Positions 17,745 to 28,025 of a stretch of DNA of 64,000 nucleotides are shown here, piece after piece. A model generated the notes under the pieces. It saw only the letters and a list, made by a program, of their open reading frames with translations, had not been told where the DNA came from and did no database searches. The DNA lies in contig CBDETK010000013.1 in assembly GCA_965242865.1 (NCBI GenBank), positions 4,768,001 to 4,832,000 on the forward strand. The letters run 5' to 3'. The position numbers and the translations under genes are program-made. Numbering within the stretch: the first letter of the stretch is position 1; every line of letters starts with the position of its first letter. This stretch comes from Candidatus Latescibacterota bacterium (GTDB lineage: Bacteria; Latescibacterota; UBA2968; UBA8231).

Positions 17745-19358
17745 ATGAGTAGCGAATCGTTTGTCATTGTAGTTGATACCCCTTCTATCAAGCGGTATGT
17801 ATTTGGTACTGATTCCTTGAATGAGGTACGGGGTGCCAGTACTTGGCTGGATCGGCTAAATCGCGTCGAGATGAAACGGCGTTTGTGCGAATATCTCGGC
17901 GTGGAGCACGTGGAACAGATCTACGCCAACGGTGGATCGGCGCAGTTTGTAGTCTATCAATGCGACGAAAATACCGTGGAGAAGGCTTGCAAGAACATGG
18001 TCCAGTATGTCCGTGAGCAGACGAGCGGCGAAGTGCGAGTAGTTTACGGTATTGCGCTGCTCGAAGACGAGACATCCTATCAGGCGGCAGTGCAGATGGC
18101 GCATTTCCAGTTGCGCTGCCAACGCGAGATCGCAACTGGCCATCGCAGTACATCCTTGATGCCGATTATGATGGAATGCAAGTCGGCTTCGCATCTGCCG
18201 GCAGCTCATATTGCTGCTCGGGGCGCAGACGGTATGGCTATGTTGTCCAAGGCGAGTTATGAAAAGGATCGACATGGTCGCAACGCACATCGCCGTGGAC
18301 TCTGGGCCAAGTGGATGCAGCATTTGGCGGAGGTGGAGCCATGGCCAACGGAAGAGCAGTGGGACAAACTGCGGTGTTCGGACGTAGAGGAGATTGGCGA
18401 GCACTCGCGTGGCTACATCGGCGTGGTCTATGCCGATGGGAATGCCATGGGAAAAATCGTTCAAGCACTGGACCGACCAGAGACATTCCGCCAATTTAGC
18501 AAAATCGTCGATGAAAGCATTCGGAAGGCGTGTTTCACCGCACTCAGTCAAATCTCCCAACCGGAAGTTGAGCAAGTTCGGGAAGCTCTTGAGCATTCAG
18601 ACCCCCACTTCGAGCCCCTTGCCGCCGACATCTTGCTACTGGGCGGCGATGATTTGTTGGTAGCCGTTCCGGCCGACCGCGCCCTCGATTTTGCCTTGCA
18701 GGCCACAGAAGCGTTTGAACGCCTGACACGAGAGAAGGTTGCCGCTCTGCCAGATGCAAAAACTCAGCAGTTCTTCCGCGACCGCCTCGGCGATCAAGGC
18801 TTCACGATTTCTTGCGGCGTTGCCATTGCCAAAAGCAATTATCCGTTCTACCTTTCGCGGGACTTAGCCGAGCAACTGTTGAAAAACGCCAAGCGACAAG
18901 ACAGCCATGATCCGCAAAAAGCACAAGGGGCTGCACGCATTGATTTTCACGTCGTGGCCGGGGCCAATAGCCATGTTCTCAAAAAGGTGCGCGAGGACAC
19001 TTATCAAGAACTGACTAATGCACCGCGTACCCTTCGGCCTCTATCTCGTTCTCAGTTGGATACATTGCGCGGCACTGTACAGGAACTGCACAAAGTCGGG
19101 TTTCCGCGCAACAAATTGCACGAACTTCAGGAGGCGGCCTTGATAACGGAAGCAAAGCGGGCGGACTGGCACATTCGCAACATTTTCGTCCGTTGCCGCC
19201 ATGGGCAAGAGCGATCAGAACGCCGGGCGTTGTGGCAAGCGGTCGCCAATCTGTGTCCCGACGGGTATGAGTTTGATTTTCCGTGGTTGAAAAAAGAAGA
19301 CCAACGCCTTTTGTGCATAGCGGATCTGGTGGAAGCCTACGATTTATTCCAAAGGTAA
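17745..19358 (+). CDS. cas10: Type III-D Cas10 (no HD domain)
   Basis: DTPSIKRYVF, YANGG, YADGNAMG, LLGGDD, KNAK. Confidence 0.92.
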   Translation: MSSESFVIVVDTPSIKRYVFGTDSLNEVRGASTWLDRLNRVEMKRRLCEYLGVEHVEQIYANGGSAQFVVYQCDENTVEKACKNMVQYVREQTSGEVRVVYGIALLEDETSYQAAVQMAHFQLRCQREIATGHRSTSLMPIMMECKSASHLPAAHIAARGADGMAMLSKASYEKDRHGRNAHRRGLWAKWMQHLAEVEPWPTEEQWDKLRCSDVEEIGEHSRGYIGVVYADGNAMGKIVQALDRPETFRQFSKIVDESIRKACFTALSQISQPEVEQVREALEHSDPHFEPLAADILLLGGDDLLVAVPADRALDFALQATEAFERLTREKVAALPDAKTQQFFRDRLGDQGFTISCGVAIAKSNYPFYLSRDLAEQLLKNAKRQDSHDPQKAQGAARIDFHVVAGANSHVLKKVREDTYQELTNAPRTLRPLSRSQLDTLRGTVQELHKVGFPRNKLHELQEAALITEAKRADWHIRNIFVRCRHGQERSERRALWQAVANLCPDGYEFDFPWLKKEDQRLLCIADLVEAYDLFQR

Positions 19359-19373
19359 AGAGGAGTTTTGCAG

Positions 19374-20117
19374 ATGAAACCCCAACGCTTGGACTTGTGT
19401 TACCGCATTGTTTGGAACGGACGTTGGCACGTCGGCAGTGGCTATCAATCGGCAGTGGCGGATCGCTTGTTGCGACGACTGCCTGATGGATCCTCCTTTG
19501 TTCCCGGCTCCCAGATCAAAGGCGTTCTGCGCCACCACTGCGAACGGTTGGCTTTAGCCTTGGACCTCAAAGCAGTTGACCCACATGCGAGTAGCGAGGA
19601 ACACAACCAGCATCTGGTAAAGCATTTCGCTCCATTGGCGAAGTCAAAGCTGATGGTCGATCGGCTGTTTGGCAGCCGCTACCAAGGAGAATGCTTGTTT
19701 GTAACAAACGCCGCGCCCGCATCGTCTGATAAGAAAAACACTACCTCCGTACAGGCGCGGACAGCCATAGATCGCGTCACGAGAACTGTGATGGAGAAAC
19801 ATTTGTTCACTACCGAACTAACGGAAGGCGACATTGCGTTACAGGGAACGATTCGCGCTCGGCATCCCGCTGATGTTCTGACGCAGGAGGACGATGGGTT
19901 TCCGTATGAATATAGTCTCCTGATAGCTGGCCTGCTGTCTCTCGATGCCTTGGGCGGCGACAAGAGCGTTGGCTTGGGGCGGTGTAGGATTGATTTCGAT
20001 GAGGAATCATTGCGTTGGAACGATGAGAGCGTCTCCAAAGAATATGCCCTTCAGAGCTTTGAAGATGAAGATTGGAACGATTGGGTGGATATTCTACGCG
20101 AGGAAGCAACGCCATGA
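19374..20117 (+). CDS. Type III-D Cas7-group RAMP
   Basis: WHVGSG, VPGSQIKGVLR, LGGDKSVGLG. Confidence 0.9.
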   Translation: MKPQRLDLCYRIVWNGRWHVGSGYQSAVADRLLRRLPDGSSFVPGSQIKGVLRHHCERLALALDLKAVDPHASSEEHNQHLVKHFAPLAKSKLMVDRLFGSRYQGECLFVTNAAPASSDKKNTTSVQARTAIDRVTRTVMEKHLFTTELTEGDIALQGTIRARHPADVLTQEDDGFPYEYSLLIAGLLSLDALGGDKSVGLGRCRIDFDEESLRWNDESVSKEYALQSFEDEDWNDWVDILREEATP

Positions 20118-21358
20118 ACAAAGTGCCCGTAACAGCAAAATTGCTCGCGCCGGTAGTCATCAAACGCTACCGACAATCTGAACGCTCCGAAAGCGTACAT
20201 TCCGTGGCAGGGACGCTAGTGCGTGGCGCTTTGGCTGCCCTCTATTTGCAGCGTCACGGACAGGCCGACGCCACGTTCAATCGCTTGTTCCTGAACGAAG
20301 CCTCGTGTCGCTTTGGGCCATTGGACCCTGGCCCCAAGCACTTTCCCTTGACTGCTGCGTCCTGCAAACGCGAACGCAGAAAACACGCATTCGTGGACCA
20401 ACTGTGGTTCCGCATCGCTCAACACCACCTCGCGGGCCGCGTACCAGAAAACGCTGCCACCGCTTGGCGTCGATGTAGAGAATGCGAGGCCGATTTGAAG
20501 GGACATGACGGCTTTTGGCAACAACGAGAAAACGGTCATCTGTGCGACATGAGCATTGACACTCAAGTCGCCGCTCATGTCGGCATTGATCGCCAGACCG
20601 CCACCGCCGCCGAATCTATATTTTACACGCTTGAATCTATGTCGCCTTCTTGCAAGAAAGTAGATCTGCACGGCTGGCTCATGGCCGATGCCGAGGCACT
20701 CGCCGCCTTGGAGCAACTCTTGCAGGATGAAGACAGCAGCATCTCGGTCGGCCATCACCGCACACGCGGCTATGGCGATGTGCGCTTAACATTAGGTGAA
20801 CCTGTTGACAGAGACGATTCGCCGGTGCGCACGGAGGATTGGAAGCAATGGAGCCGCGATCTGATCGCCGATCTCGGCTCTCCACCGATCTCGGTTCCCG
20901 ACCTCGATCCAGAGGATTTTTACTTCGGTCTGTCATTTCCGACGGGTGCTGTGTTCGTCGATCGTTTTCTGCGCTATACCACGGATCCGGCCGACGTGAT
21001 TCCTTGGTTGCCCACTATGCCTTCTGTTGACGTTGCGTTTCCGCTAAAAGACCGCCCTGCTCGGCAACTTCCAGCGGGGGGCACAGTCCGCTGGATTACT
21101 GCTGTAACTCGGCACGAACGCCTGCGCGGCTGGAATGCGGCTCACGGCTTGCCGCGTCAGGATGAGTGGGTCGTAGCACGTGGTGCGGTCTATGTCTATT
21201 GCTTTCAGGGCACTGCCGAAGAGCGCGAAGCACTCATTGAGCGACTCGCTACTTTGTCCGAAGACGGCGTCGGGCTGCGGCGCAATGAAGGCTTTGGCAC
21301 GGTGATGGTGTCGGATGATTTCCATTGTCGATTTCACAAACAGGAGGTGCAGTCGTGA
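20114..21358 (+). CDS. csx10: Type III-D RAMP Csx10
   Basis: GTLVRGALA, GHHRTRGYG, GVGLRRNEGFG. Confidence 0.85.
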   Translation: MNKVPVTAKLLAPVVIKRYRQSERSESVHSVAGTLVRGALAALYLQRHGQADATFNRLFLNEASCRFGPLDPGPKHFPLTAASCKRERRKHAFVDQLWFRIAQHHLAGRVPENAATAWRRCRECEADLKGHDGFWQQRENGHLCDMSIDTQVAAHVGIDRQTATAAESIFYTLESMSPSCKKVDLHGWLMADAEALAALEQLLQDEDSSISVGHHRTRGYGDVRLTLGEPVDRDDSPVRTEDWKQWSRDLIADLGSPPISVPDLDPEDFYFGLSFPTGAVFVDRFLRYTTDPADVIPWLPTMPSVDVAFPLKDRPARQLPAGGTVRWITAVTRHERLRGWNAAHGLPRQDEWVVARGAVYVYCFQGTAEEREALIERLATLSEDGVGLRRNEGFGTVMVSDDFHCRFHKQEVQS

Positions 21359-21777
21359 CCGTTTTGAACAACGACCTGATTCAAAAAACCGATCGCTATA
21401 TTGACGAGAATCACGAGGCGTTTTCCGAGTTGGGAAAGCGTTTCTTTGAGGTGTTTGACTACGACAAGGGGAACAACCGCATCAGCACACAGATCCGCAA
21501 TCTGCAACAAATTACCTGCTCAGCCACGCGCTTTGCGGATATTGAAGATTTCGTGGAAAATCAGATGGGTAAGGAACAAAAAGAACATAAGTGGAAAAGA
21601 CTGGGCGGCGACATTCTGAAACAGTTGGAGGAATTGCGTAGCAAGAGTCAAAAGCTCGATACCGACCCTGCCAACCAGATGGCTCTGCGGTTGCGTCTCG
21701 CCCGCGGCTGGGTGCGGGCCGTGGTCAGCGAATACCTCTACCAAGTCGCGTGCGATCAGATGGGAGGTGCCAAATGA
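21355..21777 (+). CDS. Putative small subunit (Cas11/Csm2 group)
   Basis: Short helical protein, STQIRNL motif, operon position. Confidence 0.7.
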   Translation: MTVLNNDLIQKTDRYIDENHEAFSELGKRFFEVFDYDKGNNRISTQIRNLQQITCSATRFADIEDFVENQMGKEQKEHKWKRLGGDILKQLEELRSKSQKLDTDPANQMALRLRLARGWVRAVVSEYLYQVACDQMGGAK

Positions 21778-22262
21778 CGCTTGTGGACTTACTGTCTGAT
21801 ACGACCTATCGACAACAGGGCAAGGAGCAACTGGATAAACTATTGGGTGACGGCAATCGATTCCCTGTGGAGCGTACCCAGATTTACGGCCTTCGCCAGA
21901 TCGCTCGCCAGCAGCCCGGAAAGGTCAAAGAGTTTGCCAACCATCAGCGCGAGCGTGCCCGACTTAAAGAGAAACAAGCTGAAGTTGAGTTTTGGACTTT
22001 GGTGGCGGACTTGTGTAGCGACTCGACCTCTGATTGGTCCGTGCTCAAAGAAGGCCATTCCCATCTTCCCGAAGAACTACGAGAAGAAAACATCCCCACA
22101 AAACAAGAATGTAAAACGAATGAAGATCGGGGTCGCCGCAATAAACTCAGGAGACAGCAACGGGAGTGGCTTGCACAGTGGGAAAACGAGCACATTCCAG
22201 CGTTTTTTGAGCGTTTCTGTACGCACGCTTCGTTCCGCTTAGGACTGGCAGAAAAGGAGTAA
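21774..22262 (+). CDS. Second small helical protein in the III-D operon (possibly Cas11-like)
   Basis: RTQIYGLRQIA; overlaps the upstream stop codon; RBS ggagg. Confidence 0.55.
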   Translation: MTLVDLLSDTTYRQQGKEQLDKLLGDGNRFPVERTQIYGLRQIARQQPGKVKEFANHQRERARLKEKQAEVEFWTLVADLCSDSTSDWSVLKEGHSHLPEELREENIPTKQECKTNEDRGRRNKLRRQQREWLAQWENEHIPAFFERFCTHASFRLGLAEKE

Positions 22263-22265
22263 GAC

Positions 22266-23108
22266 ATGATGAATTTCAGATTACAGCAAAAGAACCGGAT
22301 CACCGCGTCCCTCGTGTTCGATACCGCGTGGCGCATCGGCTCCGGTAGAGAGGGCGAGACCATGGGCGATTTGGGTGTGATGCTCGATCCCAAGGGCCAA
22401 CCCATCCTTCCCGGATCCTCGCTCAAGGGTAAATTGCGGAGCACCTGCGAAACCCTATCGCATGCCTTGGGGCTGAATGCCTGCATGTTGAATCACGAGG
22501 CAAGCCGCGTCAAATGCACCAGCGATGTCAACTACTATCACAAGGTCAGGGAAGCGTATCAGGAGACGCTACAAAAGGAAAAGGGACTCCAAGCCCGTCT
22601 GAAATGGATTGACGACCACACCTGTGACGTGTGCAAGCTGTTCGGCTCTCCCGTACAGGCTGGTCGGCTGTGGGTCAGCGACGGCATGTTGCAAGAGTGG
22701 GCGTCCGTTGTGCAGGTGCGCGATGGCGTGGTGATCGACCGAGACAGCCAGACAGCGGTCAATGGTCTCAAATACGACTACGAAGTCGTCCCGCCCGGTA
22801 GCAAATTTGAACTTTGCGTTGATCTCGAAAACCCGACCGATCGAGATATGGCCTTATTCGGCGCGGCTCTGTTTGAATGGCATGCTGGCAGCAGTATTGG
22901 TGGGTTTACGAGCCGTGGGCTCGGGCGTTTCCGCTTGGAAAATATCAAACTTTCCGGTGTTGACCTGAACGACACACAGCAGCGAGTGAGGTTTTTGACG
23001 GCAACAAAAGCGGAAGATCGCCTTTCCTATCAGGATGATTGGGAGACTTACTTTACCGAGCGCATCCAACGGCAACTAAAACCTACTACCGAAATTGAGG
23101 AGAGCTAA
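22266..23108 (+). CDS. Cas7-group RAMP (Csx7-like)
   Basis: PILPGSSLKGKLRS, CDVCKLFGS, RDGVVIDR, GGFTSRGLG. Confidence 0.9.
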   Translation: MMNFRLQQKNRITASLVFDTAWRIGSGREGETMGDLGVMLDPKGQPILPGSSLKGKLRSTCETLSHALGLNACMLNHEASRVKCTSDVNYYHKVREAYQETLQKEKGLQARLKWIDDHTCDVCKLFGSPVQAGRLWVSDGMLQEWASVVQVRDGVVIDRDSQTAVNGLKYDYEVVPPGSKFELCVDLENPTDRDMALFGAALFEWHAGSSIGGFTSRGLGRFRLENIKLSGVDLNDTQQRVRFLTATKAEDRLSYQDDWETYFTERIQRQLKPTTEIEES

Positions 23109-23110
23109 CC

Positions 23111-24073
23111 ATGTTGCGGAAATGGCTCTGTCAAGCTGACGTAAAGATCGCCATCGAGCCGGTTGACCCGGTGCTGATCAAAAGTGGCTACGCGACCATC
23201 GATGGCGCAGACATGGTGCCCGTATCGACGTTCAAGAACGGCAAGCGCATGTATTACTTCCCCGGCACATCGCTCAAAGGCGTACTCCGCAGCCATCTGG
23301 AGCGCATCGCCCGCACCTTGAAACAAGGCAGCGTGTGCCTTCCCTACTACGATTCCAAGAAGACCATTGCAATACCCGTTGCGGAGGAACAAAACTCTTA
23401 TGGCTGCGGGTATCGTTCACAGGGTGGCCGGGGCGAGGATACGGCGTCGGTCGCCTACGCCGATTCGTGCGCTGCGTGTCGCTTGTTCGGCTCGCTCAAG
23501 TTTGGCGGGCGTTTCAGCATCGGCGATGCTTACCCGCTAAAGGGGCATGAGCCTACGCCGCCGGAATCGCGCAATGGCGTGGGGATTGATCGCTTTACGG
23601 GTGGAACGGTGCCCGGTGTCCTGTTCGATTTGCAAGTACTGGTCGACGGAAAATTTGAAGCTAGCTTGCGGCTGACGAATTTTGAACTCTGGCAACTGGC
23701 CGCTCTCAACCTGTTGTTGGTCGATTTGCAAGACGAAATGATCGCCATAGGTTCGGGACGCAGCAGAGGGCTTGGTCGCGTCCGCAGCACCGTCACTTCG
23801 TATCGCCTGACTTATGTGCGGACCGTTGAGCATCTCGTGGGTTTGTACCAACTCGCGACTTCACAAGAGCAGGACGCCTATTCTTTGCACGACTGGACTC
23901 CTTCCACCCCTATTGATCTACCAGATGCTCAGGTACACGGCCTGCGCCGACAGTACGATCTGAAGGACGATTGGGACCAAAAATTGCAGGTGCTCACCCC
24001 GGCCTTTGAGTCCTTTTTGCAGTGGCATGGTGGACCTCAAGGCGACATCGCTAATCAGGGGACCCGATCATGA
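23111..24073 (+). CDS. Cas7-group RAMP
   Basis: FPGTSLKGVLRS, CAACRLFGS, GVGIDRFTGG, GSGRSRGLG. Confidence 0.9.
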   Translation: MLRKWLCQADVKIAIEPVDPVLIKSGYATIDGADMVPVSTFKNGKRMYYFPGTSLKGVLRSHLERIARTLKQGSVCLPYYDSKKTIAIPVAEEQNSYGCGYRSQGGRGEDTASVAYADSCAACRLFGSLKFGGRFSIGDAYPLKGHEPTPPESRNGVGIDRFTGGTVPGVLFDLQVLVDGKFEASLRLTNFELWQLAALNLLLVDLQDEMIAIGSGRSRGLGRVRSTVTSYRLTYVRTVEHLVGLYQLATSQEQDAYSLHDWTPSTPIDLPDAQVHGLRRQYDLKDDWDQKLQVLTPAFESFLQWHGGPQGDIANQGTRS

Positions 24074-24666
24074 TGGCTTTCTTGAAAGCGGCGGATTTAA
24101 CACAGAATAGCTTTCTGTCTCTGCTCGAAAATCTCCGCCCGCCCGACGCCGACAAATCCCGGGGGCACATCTGGCTGGAAGCCCCGGATGGCTGGGCTTT
24201 GGATTGGTGGGATTGGCAATCCGGCCTTAACGGCGATCTCCGTTGGTGTGGGGCGGGCCGCGAGCCAGTTCACGAATGTGCCAAGGACTGTCTGCGTCGC
24301 TCCACTGCCGGCCGGTTGTTTGCCCCCGATGGCGAGTTGCGTTGGCGCGTCATTCCCTCCTTGGGTCAATCGTGCTGGCGTGCGGTCTTTCTCGGCACGA
24401 CCGATTGGGTGAATGCGGTTCTGGAGGATCACTCTGACAGCCTGCATGATTTGAAGCCGCATCGGGACCGCTTTTTCCTTTGGGGCCAGCAAACCGCTGA
24501 GACGCCGGACGAATGGATCGAATTACGCATTCCGCATCGCTTCCGCTATCCGGTGAGTGGCAATCCTCGCAGCGTAAAAGTTGTCGTTGAACAGTGGAAC
24601 GACGAGATCGGCGAGCCTCACTTTGTCCGTCTGTGTGCCCTCGAACCTTATCAGGAGCAAGAGTGA
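24070..24666 (+). CDS. csx19: Type III-D Csx19
   Basis: GRLFAPDGELRW, FLWG, ELRIP, HFVRL; position before the last RAMP. Confidence 0.75.
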   Translation: MMAFLKAADLTQNSFLSLLENLRPPDADKSRGHIWLEAPDGWALDWWDWQSGLNGDLRWCGAGREPVHECAKDCLRRSTAGRLFAPDGELRWRVIPSLGQSCWRAVFLGTTDWVNAVLEDHSDSLHDLKPHRDRFFLWGQQTAETPDEWIELRIPHRFRYPVSGNPRSVKVVVEQWNDEIGEPHFVRLCALEPYQEQE

Positions 24667-25763
24667 TGCCTCAAGGCGAGACCTTCTGGAACCCCTATCG
24701 CTGGGTTACTGTCAGTAACCAACCCATTGAACGCGATGAGCCGCGTTATCATCATACCTCAAGCGGCCTTTCCGGCCGCCTCTGGTGCGAACTTGAGGCA
24801 CTGACCCCGTTGATTATCGGCGATGGTCGCGGCGAACTCATCAACTTTGTTCGCCACCGACATAATGAGCGTCCCTATATTCCGGCCACGTCGCTCAAGG
24901 GCGCAATGCGTTCCTTAGCCGAAGTCGTCGGCAACGCCGCCGTTCCGTTTTCAAAGGTTTCGGTTGATGCCCAACATGCATTGGCGCAGGCGCGAAAAAA
25001 TTCTCATTTCGACACCGTAGCCAGAACATTCGGCTACTTGGACGCTAGCCATGTCTTCGCTGGTTTGATTCGCTTCAGCGATGCGGAGATCTCTACGGAA
25101 GTGATGCCACCGAATAAGTGGCCGCAGTACAAAGTAGCTGTCGGCCAGCCCAAGCCGAGCCACAACGCATTTTATCGCCAAAAGAATCAACGCAAATTCT
25201 ACCATCATCACCCAAGAGTTCAGCAGCTCATCGAAGCACCTCCCAACATCAAGCAAATCGCCAACCTAAGACCCGCTCCACCCGGCACCTGTTTTAGCTT
25301 TACGGTGGACTTTGCAAATCTACGCGAGGCCGAACTCAATTTGCTGCTCTACTGCTTGGTGCTTGAAGAGGACGTCACCATCAAACTCAGCCCAGCGGCA
25401 TTGGATCCTGACGCTCAAGGGCCTGTCACATTACCCGGTCCGCTGCGTCATAAAATAGGCGGTGCCAAGCCGCACGGGGCTGGCTCTGTCCACATTTCCA
25501 TTGCGAAGATGGAACTACGCACGGACGCGATGGCACGCTATCGCGGCAGCGACCCTGTCGAGACATGGGAAGCAGAAGTTCTCAGCAGTGAACTCGACCG
25601 GCGCACCGCATCGTTTCGGGAGCGTGCCGATCAAACCATGCGAGAGTTGCGTTCTATGTTGATCTATTCTACTGACGATCCCAGAAAGCCTATTCGCTAT
25701 CCAACCTTTGGATGGTTTCAGAATACAAGCAATTCAAGCAGGCAGTTAAAACCTACGATTTAG
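24666..25763 (+). CDS. Type III-D RAMP (TIGR03986-like)
   Basis: FWNPY, LTPLIIG, PYIPATSLKG, RKFYHH, KIGGAKPHGAG. Confidence 0.88.
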   Translation: MPQGETFWNPYRWVTVSNQPIERDEPRYHHTSSGLSGRLWCELEALTPLIIGDGRGELINFVRHRHNERPYIPATSLKGAMRSLAEVVGNAAVPFSKVSVDAQHALAQARKNSHFDTVARTFGYLDASHVFAGLIRFSDAEISTEVMPPNKWPQYKVAVGQPKPSHNAFYRQKNQRKFYHHHPRVQQLIEAPPNIKQIANLRPAPPGTCFSFTVDFANLREAELNLLLYCLVLEEDVTIKLSPAALDPDAQGPVTLPGPLRHKIGGAKPHGAGSVHISIAKMELRTDAMARYRGSDPVETWEAEVLSSELDRRTASFRERADQTMRELRSMLIYSTDDPRKPIRYPTFGWFQNTSNSSRQLKPTI

Positions 25764-25802
25764 ATCGCAGAACACTTGATCTCCGAAAGGAAGTTGACGC
25801 GC

Positions 25803-26870
25803 ATGCCACGTTTACTCGTCACCACGGTCGGCACATCTCTGCTCACCAACCGCGATGATCGCCCGTGGGCGGGATGGAATGGACGGGGCGGTGACCCACT
25901 GCCCGAGGCCGCGGCTGTAGATGATTGGTTGGCTGGTGCAGATGCGGTTAAAGCCAGTGCCGAGACCAATACCTTACGAGCTATTGAAGCCCAAGCCTCG
26001 GATCATCTGCTCTTTCTGCACTCCGACACGCCGGAAGGACGCTTCTGCTCGGAGCGACTGCAACACTTCTACGCTGAGGTGGTGAAGTGCCGCGACATCG
26101 CCGGGCGTTCGCTAACCGCTTTGGGGTATGCCCACCCCAGTTTCTCGCAAAAGGGATTGAAAATCTTGGTGCAAGAGGCTATCGAAGCCGTGAAGCAGGC
26201 GCGTAATAAAACGCTTCAACCCGTGTTTTGCGCCACGGGTGGCTTCAAGGCCGAAATCGCCTTTCTCAATCTATTGGGTGCCTTGCTTGAAGTCGAGGTG
26301 TACTACATCCACGAGCAATTTCGAGAAATTGTTCGCTTACCTCGCTTGCCCTTGGGTTGGAATACGGAATGGGTGCTGCAACGCCAAAAATTTTTTGAAT
26401 GGATCGATGAAGAGCCGCGTCCGAGTGCGGAGGTGGCGAGCCGACTAAGAGCCGATCCAGAACTCCAGCCGCTCGTCGAAGATGCTGGCGATGGCTACTC
26501 GTTCCTCAATGCTGCTGGCGACTTGCTGTTTCGCGCTGCCAAAGAACTTGGCCCCCGTGCGACTTGGCCGGCTGCGGTGGCGAGTCCACCGGACGAAAAG
26601 GACGGCCTCTCCAGTGAGGGACACCACCGTCCGAGAGGTTGGGAGAATTTCGTCCAGCGTCTTTGTCAGATCGATTGCGTAAGCCGGGTTTCTTACGAGG
26701 AGGCCGCTTATGGCGGTCAAGAGGTTAAGATACTCGACCGTGCCAACGGCGTCATCGCGGTGCGATATGGCCCAAGGGGCGAGGAGTTGCCCTTGCGTGT
26801 TGAAACGTCTGCTCGCGGGGCGGCCCAAACGGAATTGGTTGAGGAATACATTGCACAGCGTATCCTATAG
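25803..26870 (+). CDS. APE2256-family CARF protein with C-terminal extension
   Basis: TTVGTSLL, SAETN, HSDTPEG, ATGGFKAE, YYIHEQF. Confidence 0.85.
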   Translation: MPRLLVTTVGTSLLTNRDDRPWAGWNGRGGDPLPEAAAVDDWLAGADAVKASAETNTLRAIEAQASDHLLFLHSDTPEGRFCSERLQHFYAEVVKCRDIAGRSLTALGYAHPSFSQKGLKILVQEAIEAVKQARNKTLQPVFCATGGFKAEIAFLNLLGALLEVEVYYIHEQFREIVRLPRLPLGWNTEWVLQRQKFFEWIDEEPRPSAEVASRLRADPELQPLVEDAGDGYSFLNAAGDLLFRAAKELGPRATWPAAVASPPDEKDGLSSEGHHRPRGWENFVQRLCQIDCVSRVSYEEAAYGGQEVKILDRANGVIAVRYGPRGEELPLRVETSARGAAQTELVEEYIAQRIL

Positions 26871-26955
26871 CAATCCTACATCATTCAAGACTGGATTCCC
26901 GCTTGCGCGGGAATGACGCCTCATAGGTAAAAAAACTGTGCCGATGGGCGTTCCA
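26868..26955 (+). repeat. Intergenic repeat element with ATTCCC-N8-GGGAAT core, copy B
   Basis: Aligns with 17533-17648. Confidence 0.8.
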
Positions 26956-26983
26956 GCGGATTTACTAATGGAATTTTCCCCCC

Positions 26984-28015
26984 ATGCCTACCCTATACGT
27001 CACCGAACCTAGATCGGTCGTCCGGCGGTCAGTCGGCTCGGTCGTGGTAACGCTCACTGAGGACCCCGACGGGCCGGGGCCGCTGCCAGAGCGGCGGCGG
27101 CGTTTGCTCGAAGTCGAGCCGCACCGGCTAGAATTGATCGCCTTGGTGGGCCGCGTTCACATCACGGCCGACGCGCTCCAACTCTGCCTAGAGCAAGGGA
27201 TTGCGGTCGCTTGGCTGCGGGCCAATGGGAGCTTTATGGGCCGCCTCGTGCCGGAGCTGTCGCGCACGGCCGACCTGCGCTTGGCGCAGTTTCGCATGGC
27301 CGACGACGAGCCGCAGGCCCTAGCGCTGGCTCAGACTTTTGTCGCGGCCAAGCTCCACAATGCGGTTGGCCTGCTGACGGCTTTGCGCTCCAATCGCCGG
27401 GCGCAGCCTGCTTTGGGGCAGGCCATCGGCGCACTCAAGGCCATGGTCGATGGGGTGTCCGAGACGAAGAGCCGGGAGGTGCTGCTGGGTTTTGAGGGCG
27501 ATGCGGCTCGGCGTTATTTTACAGCACTGCGGCTTGGTTTTACCGGTTCTATCGCCTTTACGGGTCGCGCTCGCCGTCCGCCGCCGGACCCGGCCAATGC
27601 CTTGCTGTCGTTTGGCTACGTGTTGCTGGCCAATGTCTTGGCGAGCCTGCTGGAGGCCAGCGGCTTTGATCCCTACTTGGGTTTTATGCACGCGGTCCGT
27701 TCCGGGCGGCCCAGCTTGGCACTCGACCTTTTGGAGGAACTGCGGCATCCCGTCGTGGATCGCTTTGTGCTGCGAGTGTGCAACCGAGGCCAGTTGCGTC
27801 CCGAGCATTTTGAGACCGATGCCGAGCGGGGCGGTGTGCGCCTCACCCGTGCGGGGCTGCGGATTTTCTTTCGCACGTGGGAAGCCTTTATGGACGCCCC
27901 GCTACCGGGGATTGGCGAAGAGTTGTCGCCGGAAGAATTGCTGCGCCGTCAGGTTGACCGCTTGGCGGCCCATCTGCGCGACCAAGTGCCGTACCAACCG
28001 TTGCTGTTGCGCTGA
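26984..28015 (+). CDS. cas1: CRISPR integrase Cas1
   Basis: LLGFEGDAARRYF, RRPPPDPANALLSFGY, DPYLGFMH, LALDLLEELR. Confidence 0.97.
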   Translation: MPTLYVTEPRSVVRRSVGSVVVTLTEDPDGPGPLPERRRRLLEVEPHRLELIALVGRVHITADALQLCLEQGIAVAWLRANGSFMGRLVPELSRTADLRLAQFRMADDEPQALALAQTFVAAKLHNAVGLLTALRSNRRAQPALGQAIGALKAMVDGVSETKSREVLLGFEGDAARRYFTALRLGFTGSIAFTGRARRPPPDPANALLSFGYVLLANVLASLLEASGFDPYLGFMHAVRSGRPSLALDLLEELRHPVVDRFVLRVCNRGQLRPEHFETDAERGGVRLTRAGLRIFFRTWEAFMDAPLPGIGEELSPEELLRRQVDRLAAHLRDQVPYQPLLLR

Positions 28016-28025
28016 GGAGTCTTGC

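Noticed and set aside
26984-28015. RT-Cas1 or Cas4-Cas1 fusion that might explain long or RNA-derived inserts
   Set aside because: Cas1 is 343 aa with no RT (YADD) or Cas4 motifs, and no RT gene was seen in the window.
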